Both the position numbers and the translations under genes were made by a program. A DNA stretch of 63,978 nt, counting the filler, from Rhabdomonas costata (Eukaryota), in NCBI GenBank assembly GCA_019059605.1. It is 24 parts of 24 records of this genome, joined end to end, with 100 filler letters (N's around TTAATTAATTAA, not from the genome) between each part and the next. Parts side by side here need not be neighbours in the genome. Positions count along the whole stretch, not along the records: positions 21,362 to 23,933 come from JAHMHO010002813.1; positions 24,034 to 26,602 come from JAHMHO010002814.1; positions 26,703 to 29,271 come from JAHMHO010002815.1; positions 29,372 to 31,941 come from JAHMHO010002816.1; positions 32,042 to 34,611 come from JAHMHO010002817.1; positions 34,712 to 37,281 come from JAHMHO010002818.1; 18 more parts are not named here. One strand, written 5' to 3'. The notes under the pieces are model-generated. The model did no database searches. It saw only the letters and a program-made list of their open reading frames with translations, and was not told the DNA's origin. Shown here one piece after another: positions 23,601 through 34,806 of the stretch. Position 1 is the stretch's first letter, and the number at the start of each line of letters is the position of its first letter.

Positions 23601-26421
23601 TCTGACACCGAACCCAGAAGGTCGAACCCGAAGACGTTCCCACAAACGCAGAAGCCGAACCCAGAACGCAAGCACAACCCCACGAGTTCAGCAGTGTAGC
23701 TCCCCCAGCACTCCGAATACCGACACCGTAACCCCGAAGGCCGATTCCTGACCCCGAACCCCAAATCCAGAACCCGGACCCCGAAATCCAAAAACCAAAG
23801 CCCCACGCGAAATTCCAACCCTGAGAGAAAGAAAGACCCAGATGCATCTGGAGTCACGTCCATCTTTCACGTCCATCTGAGCGGAAAATGGACCACCCGG
23901 AATTGCATCCCGAAAGTTTATGTTGTTGAGGCGNNNNNNNNNNNNNNNNNNNNNNNNNNNNNNNNNNNNNNNNNNNNTTAATTAATTAANNNNNNNNNNN
24001 NNNNNNNNNNNNNNNNNNNNNNNNNNNNNNNNNGGTTTTGTTTTAAAGTACCTCACACCGTAAACTCAGAACCACGGAATTCCTTGAATTTTCGGTTGTT
24101 TTCTGCTCCCCAAGCAGACCCGTGCGGGTACCACACTCCACACAACCTGCATGCATGCTGTGGCGGCCAGGCGCATGCTTATGCTACTCCGGCGCAAACC
24201 TCCGCAAGCCCCAAGTCACATTGGATCTTCCCAGATGTTTTCGTATCAGAGTTGGCGTACGAACTGTGCAAGCGAAGAGTGCGCACCTGTTGAGATGATG
24301 CGGAGAGCCTGAGGGAAAATTAGTCCTCCTCCCCTTAAGCGATCGCTTTTTTTTGTGATACCCAATAGTAATCGTGACGTGGGAACAGTGACCCACATAT
24401 CGATCAGTGTATGATCCGTGGGACTCCACACAAAGGAGTTTGATCGGCGAGTCGAAAGGGTTGTTCCCATGGTTGTTCCGCTGCACACAAACAACAAACA
24501 CGCACTCACCGCCGAATTTGCGCTTTTGGTGTGGTGGTGCAACATCAGCAACATCTCCCTGGGTGCTCTGACAGCTCGCCGCCTCAGTTGTGTGTTATCT
24601 GTGTTTGTGTTTTGTATATGTGTTTGTGTGGCAAGGCGAAGTTCCTGGTACCACACAACAAAACAGCACAGAAACAGACGGCAAGCGGTTGGGGGCGAGG
24701 AGCTCCTAAACCTTTCACCATTGAAATCATGGTGGTTCGTTGTGTACACGTGCAGGATAATGCAGTGGCCCAACTCCTCTCGAGACACGAGAATGCGGAG
24801 GCATTAGAGGTGGGGTCATGACGTGGGTTGTCACACTATAAGCATGTCTGTCTGTCACATTTCCACTTCGAAATGATGACGTAGTGCGGCAGAGAGTTAA
24901 AATACGTCAAACTGATGTAGTGCGGGAGAGAGTTAAGATGGGAAGTGCAAACGAGGGTTCTGGAGATGGGGGGACTTCACCAGCAACGTTCTCCCTTCAC
25001 CAATGGGGGTGTTGTGTGGGTAGCGTCTCGAGATGTAGTTTTTCCCCCTGCTTAGCGCCCATTGTGTATCACTACTCTTGCCTTCATTGCTCCGTTAACT
25101 TCCGCCATTTTGGTTTCCGGTGATTTTGTGAATGTGCACATCCGCGTCATGCCACATTCGTACACGTTTTCTCTGCCCCGTTGGTTTAAGAAAGCACCGG
25201 ACGTGCTCTGTTGTGAAACCCTGTGAGAAACGAAGTTTTCGGTGCAGTGCTGTGAACCTCATCTTCGGTTTTGTTTGTCTTCTTATGGGTTCTTTGCGAC
25301 GCCTGCATCTTTCTCTTTCGCATACCAACTCCCGCCCGCCGCACGAACCCTCCTAATCTCACCTTTGACCTTGTGATAATCCAACTCGTCATGTTCACAT
25401 CATTTTCCTCTGTCAGTTGTGCCTTGGGTCGTGTTTCACTCTTTTGTATTTGTAGGAAACAACATATTGTCATTAGACCATCGCTGGTTCGCTTACCACC
25501 ACCCAGGAACGCCGGAGCTTTTCCACTTTCGCTTCACGGCTTAATGGGTAACACGCATTTACCGCGCGAAGAAAAAAAGAGTCTCAGGCTCAGTCTCATA
25601 TGTCCCAGTGTCCTTTCCAATTTCAAACTTTCTTCCCGCTGGAGATGTTTATGTGCCCTTGCCCTTTCATACGCTCTCGATAATATTCTGACTTGTGGCA
25701 CGTTTGAATGCTGCGGTTGTGTCCAACTCCCAGTGTGTCGAACTACGAACGTTCATTTCAGTGGGATTTGTTCGCCTTCTGGCGGCTTTGGTCGAGCACA
25801 GAAAATTGTTGGTCCAGCATTATCAGTTAAAAGAGTGGATTATTTGTATGGCTCGTGGGAAAGTGGTATTTGGGGTCCAATCAACGGGAGGGTAACGTGC
25901 AGTTCTCCTGTCCTTTTACATTTTCGGATTTTTTTGGGTAGTGGCGTTATGTAGAGAGTATCAAAGGGTGCACTAAAGACGAATCGAAGACAAGACAAAA
26001 TGCAGGAGCCTGTGATTCGCTGCCAAGATTGGTGATGACCAGAGGTCTCCTCCTCCGGTCCCCCCTCCTCCTCCTCCTTCCCCGTCTCTCGTGTTTTATG
26101 AGGACATGTGCTCTCAGAATGTACATACTCACATAGACTCTGAATTTTAATCTTATCTTTGAAAAGATGGGACCGTTGTAAATGAGCTGGTGTCTCGACT
26201 GGAGTATGCTAAATCAAACATCAAAGTTTATGCACAACCTTTTACCATACAGCCAAGGTGAGCGGGAGATGGGGGGAGGGGAACACATCAGCCGTGTTAT
26301 CAAGACGGGCGGTAGCGGATGCTGGCAACGTAATTCTTGCAGGCCGGAGATCCTGGGGTGTTTTTTCGGTTTAGGGTCCCCGTTTTTGAGAGAGAGAGAG
26401 AGAGAGGGCGGGGGGAGAGGG

Positions 26422-26560
26422 ATGCCGGGCTTGGCAGTTGCTGAGGTAGTGCCCCAGTTCGCTGAGCTGTTCCCGTTTGCCGATTTTAACCCCGTCCAGG
26501 CGAAGTGCTTCGATCAAGTCTACCGCACCGACAACCACGTGGTGGTGTCCGCTCCCAGCG
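26422..26560 (+). CDS. Ski2-like helicase first exon, MER3/HFM1-like
   Basis: MPGLAVAEVVPQFAELFPFADFNPVQAKCFDQVYRTDNHVVVSAPSG then a GT donor. This is a Q motif and the start of Walker A, located close to the putative initiator. Confidence 0.7.
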
Positions 26561-29032
26561 GTGTGCATGAATTACGTTGCCAGCATCCGCTACCACCCCC
26601 CANNNNNNNNNNNNNNNNNNNNNNNNNNNNNNNNNNNNNNNNNNNNTTAATTAATTAANNNNNNNNNNNNNNNNNNNNNNNNNNNNNNNNNNNNNNNNNN
26701 NNTTGTGGTCAAAGGTAACCCACATTAAGTTGGCTACGAGAGAAGGAACAAAAAGGGTTCGGTTCACGGTCTGAATGTCTCTCTCTCTCTCCTTCACTTA
26801 TTTGACCCAGCAGCTACCCTGCAGAGGACATGATGTTCCACTGCTGAACTTTTCCAACGATTATGCAGCAAGCCAAGTCAAATCACATTCGACGATGAGG
26901 GCCATGCCGAAGCGGTCCGGTCTATTGTTTATACAGCAAGGCCTCCCGAAACGCTGCGTGGCCCGTCCTTGGGATCAGATTTATCTGACCTTTCACCCTC
27001 GGCCGGTTGTGGGTGCACCTGGCGATTCTTTCGTCTCCCTTTTGCGCCGTCTGTAGCGCCACGAAGCGGAATTTTCACGACAGCAACCACAACAAAAGCC
27101 AAGACATTCGAAGGGAAACCGTGGTCATAAGAGAACCCCCCCCCCCTCCGGCCCGAAGAAAAGAAGGCACGCACCCACCTGAGAGCGACCGGGCAGACGA
27201 TTTGTCTGCAGCCCGGGAGTATCTCGTGAAAGTGCCATTTTTGATCATGCTGGGAAGCTCCCGAAGCCCTATTCCACCGAAAAATGAACGAAGATCGGGA
27301 GCAGGCACCATCAATTTCGCAAGCTTATGAAATCAACCGCACGCGAGCTATGAACATCCGAGCATCAGATGCTTGAGTGTCACAACCTTCACAACAACCG
27401 TTTAGAGAAAACACTTCAAACATTCTCTTCCTAAGAAAAGAAGTGGCAACTCCTCCTGCATCAGGACCGTCCGTTGAGTGTAATGGGCCGTTCTTGTTTT
27501 CGATGGCGACCTCACTGAAATGAAGCAGTGGCCGAGTGACTCCATCCTATGTCACCCCGAGTGGCAAGTGGCTACCGCGATTGAGCACATCTTGGCCAAA
27601 ACAGAAGGGCAACAGGGCCAGCACCACCACAGAAGTCGCCAATGTGAAGGTCAGCGTATAACGAGTAGTCATTGTTTGGAGTCGGTAATTCCTTGGAAAC
27701 AGAAGAAAAAGCGAAAAAAACGCCACCACCATAACACCTTCCCAACTAAACTCAGTTAAGCATCGCTAAAACAACGGCCACTCATGCAGAGCTGCATGCG
27801 GAGTAGGGAGGGTGCGCAGCTGTCCAGAAGTTCAAATTAACATTAAGACCCAAACTTCTCTAATTTGTCCGCAACACGCTGTGGCTTTTTCGACAAAACC
27901 ACCAGCGCTGGGTGTCGCTCTGTTGCCTTAGGGCTCAGCAGAGGGACGAGTTTACTCCACCTGGCTGGCATTTGCATGGCTGGTCGCTATCCAGTCTTGC
28001 AAGCATCCGGCTGCAGAAGAACTTAAGCTGTGCACCGGAGGTAGCGCTCCACTCAGGGGTAATGCCGAAGCGGACTGCTCGCGAGGGGAACACGCCACCC
28101 TACGCCATTAGTTTTGTGTGGACAGCGAAGACGTCATCAGTCTGCCGTCGATGACTCCACCTCCATTAGCACTAGTGTCACCACCTGTGGGGTACTCATC
28201 ACGAATACAAATCGAAACTTCACTGACTGAGAAGTAGTGTAACCAAAATAAAACAATACAAAAACCATGTTTGCTTAGGATATATGAGTAAAAGATCCAA
28301 ACCAGACTCTTGCTCAAATCAGTACGCAGCTGGCCTACGAGTAATGCCCAGCCTGTGTGCCTGAAAGGGGCACTCACTCCGGTGTGACCGAGCAAAGCCT
28401 CAGTCTGGGTCCAAAAGCCAAAAAAAAGTGAGCACCTAACCAAGCTTCAGTCTCCACATTACATACATATTATGAGGCTGAAACAAGAACAAGTCCACAA
28501 TTCATTAGGAAACACCAAAGAAAAAGGAGAATGAGCAGCAAGAAAATTGGGAAGGAGGTAGGCCGGGCATGTGCTTGATGACACACACCCGAGAGGAAAA
28601 AGATAAGACGAATACCCTTGGTCAGGAAACCCCCACGTCTGTCGCCCAGGAACAGGGCCACTGCAGCACACAAAGAAGTGATTTCTACCTCTCGGCCACA
28701 AAAGAAGGGAGGGCCAATCACGTACAACGTGAAGATGAGAACTGTAAAGCAAATCCAAACGGGGGGAACGGGGCGGCGAATGCAAAGCTAAGCGGGTTTG
28801 GGATTCACACACACAGAAGTGCAGCCCAGACGGAAGGGCGGAAGATCTGGAAGGAAAGTGGGGTATGTTCGGGAGGAGGGGAGAGAAAGACGAAAAACAG
28901 TCAGCTCCCATAACACGGGGATCTAATAAGGCTCTCTCTGCGGCAGACTTTACAAACGCTCCCGGGCGAACTCCAATTGCACTCAGACTGAGATCAGGGC
29001 GAGCGAAATCCGGAGGGGCACCAAGTCCTCGC

Positions 29033-29156
29033 CTTCCAGGCCCGTGCCCGCGGCGATAAAGATGCCCTTAGACATCGCCACCGCCCCAAGCTCGCTCGCG
29101 GCCACAGGCAACCGGGGCCCTTGGGTCCAGTTCACCCCATCGGAGGAGGTCCACAC
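29033..29156 (-). CDS. Beta-propeller (kelch/BNR-like) exon
   Basis: After a pyrimidine tract and CAG: VWTSSDGVNWTQGPRLPVAASELGAVAMSKGIFIAAG, containing an SxDGxxW motif. Probable GC donor. Confidence 0.55.
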
Positions 29157-30962
29157 CTGCAAGCGTCAAAAGAGAAAAGGAAACTGAAGACCCTGCTGTC
29201 TTCGAGCCGGCGCATTATCCAAGCGAAATACCGCGTGCAGTTCCAGAACTTCGGCAGATATCACACCACAANNNNNNNNNNNNNNNNNNNNNNNNNNNNN
29301 NNNNNNNNNNNNNNNTTAATTAATTAANNNNNNNNNNNNNNNNNNNNNNNNNNNNNNNNNNNNNNNNNNNNGTGGTTGTGTGGTCCGAAGCCGGTAACCC
29401 ACTGCCGCCAACCCCGCTTTTCAACGAGGGCCAAGAAGCAGTCAGACACGCGATATTTCTGGATATCCCGCCATTCTTTGGTAGGGCATATACGCCAGCC
29501 GCGATGGATTGCAACATGGGCATTTAATCTGCCCGCTGCCGCAGAACCATTTCTTGGGCTTCCGCATGTGCCCGGTTACATGTTCATACGTTTTGTCCGC
29601 TTGAAACCACCAAAGACAATGTCAAAGGCGTAACGCGAGGCTTCGTTGGAATAAAATTTTTTTTGTAAAAGCAGGCTTGCGAATTAGGTTTCTTGGTAAA
29701 AATAAGTTCCGGAAAAGGGCGAATTTCACTTTATTTCAGGTCTGACCCGCTTTTTTATCTGGGCTTTGGGGTGCGACCGGTAAAATAGGCAAACCTGGCC
29801 GATTTGACGGGCAAAACCCCAAAAAATTAAAACACATCGGCATAAAGCGCCACCAGAACGTGGTATGCAGAACAAGAACAGCGCATTTCAACAAAAGTGG
29901 TATTACGCTGTATTACTTAACCTGGCTAGGCAGTTTTGGACGATGTGTACATTGGGCGCCATGTACACCTCTGCGTCCAATCCCCTCCTGGCTGCCGTTC
30001 TCGCGCCTTCGGCCTGGTTTTTTTCACCGGCCCCCGGGGAACACGGAATATCCGGGTGATAGAATTGGCTTTGGGCTTTTTTCTGTGCCAGTTTCGGGGC
30101 CGGAGTCCATCTGGGTGGAATGCGATGTCGACAAATGCTTCTCGACAATGCGCGCGTTGGCTATTCTTGTTCTTTTTTCGGTGCCCCATCCCCCTCAACG
30201 CCCGAATCGACCGCAAGTGCTTTGGGGCCCCGCGTACCGGATAGGCGCGGAAAACGGAGAAAACGGAATTGAGCCATTCGATGTTGTGAAACGTTAGATG
30301 CCGACGCGAGCAATTCTGGCGGAAGCGAGCAACGGATACCCAAAAAACTTCAGCCGGAAATGTCGGTGAGTCGGGTCCTGGTCGTGGAACCAATGACTGC
30401 TGCATTATTCTTTGACAGTTGCTCGAAGTTTACAGAAGAGCTTCGGGTTGCGGGTTCTGGGGGAAGGACTGGACAACGCGCCTCGTGTCTTGCGTTGGTG
30501 TTGCAAAACTTAAAACTGGCAACCTGGCAAAAACTCATTCAGGAGTCTTGCTAGATCTTATTCGCCTCACAGTTACTACATGAGCTGGCAGAAATCCAAG
30601 GCACTACTTCCACACACAGGAGGAAATAGTTGTGTTGCAGAACATGCTTGCAGAGAAGCAGGTTCAATGGAAGGGCGTGCAACAACCCCTCATCTGAGTA
30701 GCTATTTAGCAAAAATGAAAAATAAAGAGAGAAATGAAAGGTCAAGCGTGCGGGAATTTTGCATTGGTGGAATTGATGCAGAAATCGCTACCCATCTTCT
30801 GCGCCATGGCAGAGGAGGATACTATTGAGGTGTTGGACGGAGGGGAACGCCGAACTTCAACCGAATAACACCCAGATTTATAAATCTGCTCAACAGCACC
30901 TACACTCTCGGATGCGGGGTCAAAGCTAGCCCCTGTTCTTGAGCTAGTGTCTACGGCAGCCA

Positions 30963-31649
30963 TCAGGCAGACAGGAAATCCAGCAGCCAGTTTGCCGGCA
31001 GCGTCAGCAACGGCAACGATCCTCCCGCCAGAGACAGAGGTGGTGTAGCCTCGACACCCAACCGGTCCCGAACAACTGCGGAGGGCCCCCCATCTTGCTG
31101 CTGCCCGCTCTGCCCTTCACCGGCCAAGTCCCGGGATGTGACCAGCTCCTCGTCCTCCTCGCGAAGGAGGTCACCGAGGTCCTTCTCCAAGAAATCCAGC
31201 GCTGCTCTGGCAGCCGGCCTGGGCTCCTGGGCGGTTTCTGGCTCGGCAGTGCCCAGGAGAGTGGCGATAGGGGGGAGCTGTCCCGAGGAGAGCTCGAACA
31301 GAGCCATGAGCTGGGTGACACGGGCGTGGGCCGCGGTAGGGGAGCCAAATGAGGGCATCACGGTGGGGGCAGACAGGCGAGAGTCAGCACTGCCTTTCCG
31401 GAAGGCCACGGAAGGCGTGGGGGCGGGAGCGGGGCTGTGGATTGGCACTGGGTCAAGGAGCAGGCCCCGCTGCCGCTGCCGCGCCAGGGTCTGCAGGAGG
31501 TACTTGTGCGGGGTCATCTTGGGCTTGGCTCGCATCCACGGGGTAATCGCGGTGATCCACTGCTGCAGCGAGGAGACCAACGAGGAGTCGCTGGAATTAT
31601 TGAACCTGAACCCGAGAGGGGGGTAAGGCAGTCGGGTGGTGAGGACATC
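30963..31649 (-). CDS. Hypothetical protein, long terminal exon
   Basis: 228 open GC-rich codons after a CAG acceptor, ending at TGA. Low-complexity P/A/S/E sequence with no recognisable domain. Confidence 0.65.
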   Translation of the reverse strand, partial: DVLTTRLPYPPLGFRFNNSSDSSLVSSLQQWITAITPWMRAKPKMTPHKYLLQTLARQRQRGLLLDPVPIHSPAPAPTPSVAFRKGSADSRLSAPTVMPSFGSPTAAHARVTQLMALFELSSGQLPPIATLLGTAEPETAQEPRPAARAALDFLEKDLGDLLREEDEELVTSRDLAGEGQSGQQQDGGPSAVVRDRLGVEATPPLSLAGGSLPLLTLPANWLLDFLSA

Positions 31650-32041
31650 CTGGACGTTTGCATGCTCAAGAAGAAGGCGTTGTGGGTTGTCGAGGTATTC
31701 TTCCTTTACGGGACAGTTGTGTCTGTTTGTTCGCGTGTGTGTACGCCTGTGCGATGAAAAGACGGAAAAGAAACATACACTCTCCTTCTCACACGTGAAG
31801 GAGAACAATGATGGAAAGAAACGCTGCCCCTAACCTAAGACGCGTTTTCAACCTTGAATCAACCAAGGATAGGAGCCCAGGATCACACACAGCGTACCAT
31901 AAGGTGACTGCCGTGTCGAACTGTTTCTTCAACACCCCACCNNNNNNNNNNNNNNNNNNNNNNNNNNNNNNNNNNNNNNNNNNNNTTAATTAATTAANNN
32001 NNNNNNNNNNNNNNNNNNNNNNNNNNNNNNNNNNNNNNNNN

Positions 32042-32790
32042 TGATTTTTATCTCGCAAAATTTCAAATGAAAACTTTTTATTTTCATTTTTCTTGTATGC
32101 ATGTTTTTGAATTTGTACATTCAATGACGTTTTCTCTGTCGGTTTGTATTGTACTGGACTTTCATATCTTACATTGTAAGGCAGTGGCAAAATATGCAAA
32201 TGTTTACACGAATATGTATGTGTACAACTATCATTCAAAAACAATTTACAGACCGCTGTGTATGGAATTGCTGGATATTTCGGTGTATTAAATCTATTAT
32301 GTAGTACAAGTGCTGTCAAACTATTATCTACATGAATATATTCTTTTGGTACAATACATCTATAATTTGGTTTTATCTCTACAATGAGATAAGATGGCAG
32401 TTTAATATGTTGCATCATCACATATTTTTTACATTCGTCACGTGCGATTGAAAGCAATGAAGATGTAATATGTAGTTGATTACAATGTTGTTTAGCATTA
32501 CAATTATTTTGTTGATAACTCAAACATACCGACAACGGATAAAATCGTTCTCTATTTAGTACTTCAATACATCCTTTTGTTTGTTCACATTGTGCTAGCA
32601 TATCTTCTGACATTAATACATGTTCACTATCTGTTCCATAACAAGGAACAAGAACAGTGTACATGATACGATCGATGTTATAATCATATGATTGTTCATT
32701 TGTCATTTCTGGTTTGTTTCTAAATGAACTGTAATCAGTTTCAAACGACGACATGTAATTATTCCCAGACGAAGTATTGTAACAGAACAT
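32042..32790 (-). CDS. Tandem CCCH zinc-finger protein, putative RNA binding, 3' partial
   Basis: Two C-x7-C-x5-C-x3-H fingers: CLSYQQNNCNAKQHCNQLH and CKLFLNDSCTHTYSCKHLH. The first ATG is at 32790; the TTG start in the ORF track lies inside the promoter motif. Confidence 0.8.
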
Positions 32791-32849
32791 CACTAGAAAT
32801 CGTAGTTTAGATTTTTTGTATTTGATATATATACGAATAGTTATTTTAT

Positions 32850-32857
32850 TCAATTTT
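32850..32857 (-). promoter_or_regulatory. Mimivirus-type early promoter AAAATTGA
   Basis: TCAATTTT on the + strand is an exact AAAATTGA on the - strand, 60 nt upstream of the CCCH gene ATG, a spacing typical for this motif. Confidence 0.7.
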
Positions 32858-32960
32858 TTTATATATCCTTTATATATAATATAAATATAAAATTTTTATA
32901 TATATTTATGATCATAAATGCACCTCACAATATATTTTTTTACATCATTAGATTATAGAG

Positions 32961-33299
32961 ATGTCAACGAATTTTTCTAAAACATTTATGAGTATGATTG
33001 CGACGGTGATTACAATACCGAAAGCAATCGATACATATTATAAAATAAAAACAGATCGTGAAAAACAAATAAATAATCTAATAACAGTGTCTTGTAATTT
33101 TACATATAAAACTTATATAAAACCATTAAATAGAAAACTTACAGATAATGAAAAAAAGGAAGCAATGAACATCACAAAATCATATTTTAAAAATGAATGT
33201 CCATATTTCATAAAAGATCAAAATTTAGAAAGTAGAATCGAAGAACATTTATTATTTATAAAAAATATAAGATTAAAACGATTAGACGGAATTGATTAA
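32961..33299 (+). CDS. Hypothetical 112-aa protein
   Basis: Complete ATG-TAA ORF in very AT-rich DNA, with the terminal hairpin overlapping its stop codon. Confidence 0.75.
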   Translation: MSTNFSKTFMSMIATVITIPKAIDTYYKIKTDREKQINNLITVSCNFTYKTYIKPLNRKLTDNEKKEAMNITKSYFKNECPYFIKDQNLESRIEEHLLFIKNIRLKRLDGID

Positions 33300-33333
33300 C
33301 TTTATTTAATTTAATTAAATAAAGTTAATCAAT
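33291..33333. terminator. Perfect AT-rich palindrome, Mimiviridae hairpin-rule polyadenylation/termination signal
   Basis: ATTGATTAACTTTATTTAATT (33291-33311), one T, then its exact reverse complement AATTAAATAAAGTTAATCAAT (33313-33333). Confidence 0.8.
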
Positions 33334-33354
33334 AAAAATCATGACATATAATAA

Positions 33355-34611
33355 ATGGAAATAATTCTGTATAATATACAAAAAAATACACTTGAATATG
33401 TTAATAAAAATGAAATTATGGATGAATTATATTATCAACGATTTTGTGTTCCTACAAAAGAACATGTTAATATTTGTATTCATGATATTAATACACCAAA
33501 ATCAATAAAAAATTATTTTAAAAATATTGATAAAGGAATTGATAATATTAGAACAGAAATATCAAAAATCGAAAATAAATTGCCATTATATGATGTATAC
33601 AGTAATAATTTATATTTGATTGAAAAAAATTTAATTCAATCTAAAATTATAAATGAACATTATAGATTTCCAGATGAAACTATAATTTCCATGTTAGATT
33701 ATAAATATAAAAAACTTATAGATAAACCACAATCTAAAATTTTTAAAAGACTTTTATTAATGTTATCGTTTTTAAAATATTTTAAAATTAATGTATTAAC
33801 TAAAACATTTTTTAAAATACAAAAAGAATTATCAATAAATGTATGGAAAATGATATCATCATGTAAAAAACCTTCATTTTTACCAATTTTTAGACATATT
33901 GCTCCTTATTATACAATGAATGAGATAAAAAATATGATAAAAAATTTAGATAATATAAATGACACAAATACAAAATCATTATGTGAACAAATTATAAAAA
34001 ATGATATTTCATCTAAGATTTTATTACGACATTATAAACATATTATAATAAATGGTACAACCAATTTAATACAATATTATACTTTCAATGGATGCTTTTT
34101 TATGAATAAATATTTACGAGAATCCATTGATGAAAATAATAGAAATAAACAATTAGAAAAATTTATTGTACAAATTAAAGATTTAGTAACATCTTCACCA
34201 CAATTTAATAAAAATTATATTTTTTATCGTTTTATAAAAAATGATTCACATATAAATAAATTAAAAATAAATGACATTTATGTAGAAAAAGGATTTACAA
34301 GTACAACAAGAGATCCATTTTATGAATCTGAATATTATAATTTTGGATATATTCTTTTAAAAATTAAAATACCTGAAAATAAAAAGGTGTTGCATTATGT
34401 GTAGAATCAATATCATTATTTCCAAAAGAAGAAGAAATTATATTTGCACCTAATGCATGTTTTAAATTAATAACAAAAAATAAAAATATTAAATATTATT
34501 ATAATAATATTTACTCAAAATTAAAAACAGTCTATGAATTTGTATTTGTTGGATACAAAAATCATGATTTATTTAATCAAATATTTAATAAAGATATAAT
34601 TCCCAAAAAAA
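33355..34611 (+). CDS. ADP-ribosyltransferase exoenzyme-domain protein (VIP2/C3-like R-S-E class), frameshift at 34381-34385, 3' partial
   Basis: YYTFNG..MNKYLR, FYRFI (R), KGFTSTTRD (STT), then in the -1 frame GVALCVESISLFPKEEEIIFAPNACFKLI (ExE), which stays open to the fragment end. Confidence 0.85.
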
Positions 34612-34806
34612 NNNNNNNNNNNNNNNNNNNNNNNNNNNNNNNNNNNNNNNNNNNNTTAATTAATTAANNNNNNNNNNNNNNNNNNNNNNNNNNNNNNNNN
34701 NNNNNNNNNNNAGGGTGGAGGAGGCTGTGCCTTCTATTTGTTTATCAATCCTATTTGGCCTATTTAGCTTCTATTTAGTATTTAGCTCTGGTTTTGCCAT
34801 TTGCAG

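Larger units (their letters stand above)
32042..34611. other. Giant-virus-like fragment (Nucleocytoviricota, Mimiviridae/Imitervirales-like)
   Basis: Very AT-rich, intron-free and gene-dense, unlike all other fragments. Contains an AAAATTGA promoter, a perfect 3' palindrome and an ART-domain gene. No Shine-Dalgarno motifs are seen before the starts. Confidence 0.8.

Noticed and set aside
32042..34611. Interpretation as mitochondrial or bacterial endosymbiont DNA
   Set aside because: No respiratory or rRNA genes, no Shine-Dalgarno motifs and no GC-stem/U-tail terminators. The viral promoter and hairpin fit better, though a search is needed to exclude this fully.
31942..34711. Virus inserted between host genes
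   Set aside because: The neighbours are separate fragments joined by spacers, so adjacency is not evidence of integration.
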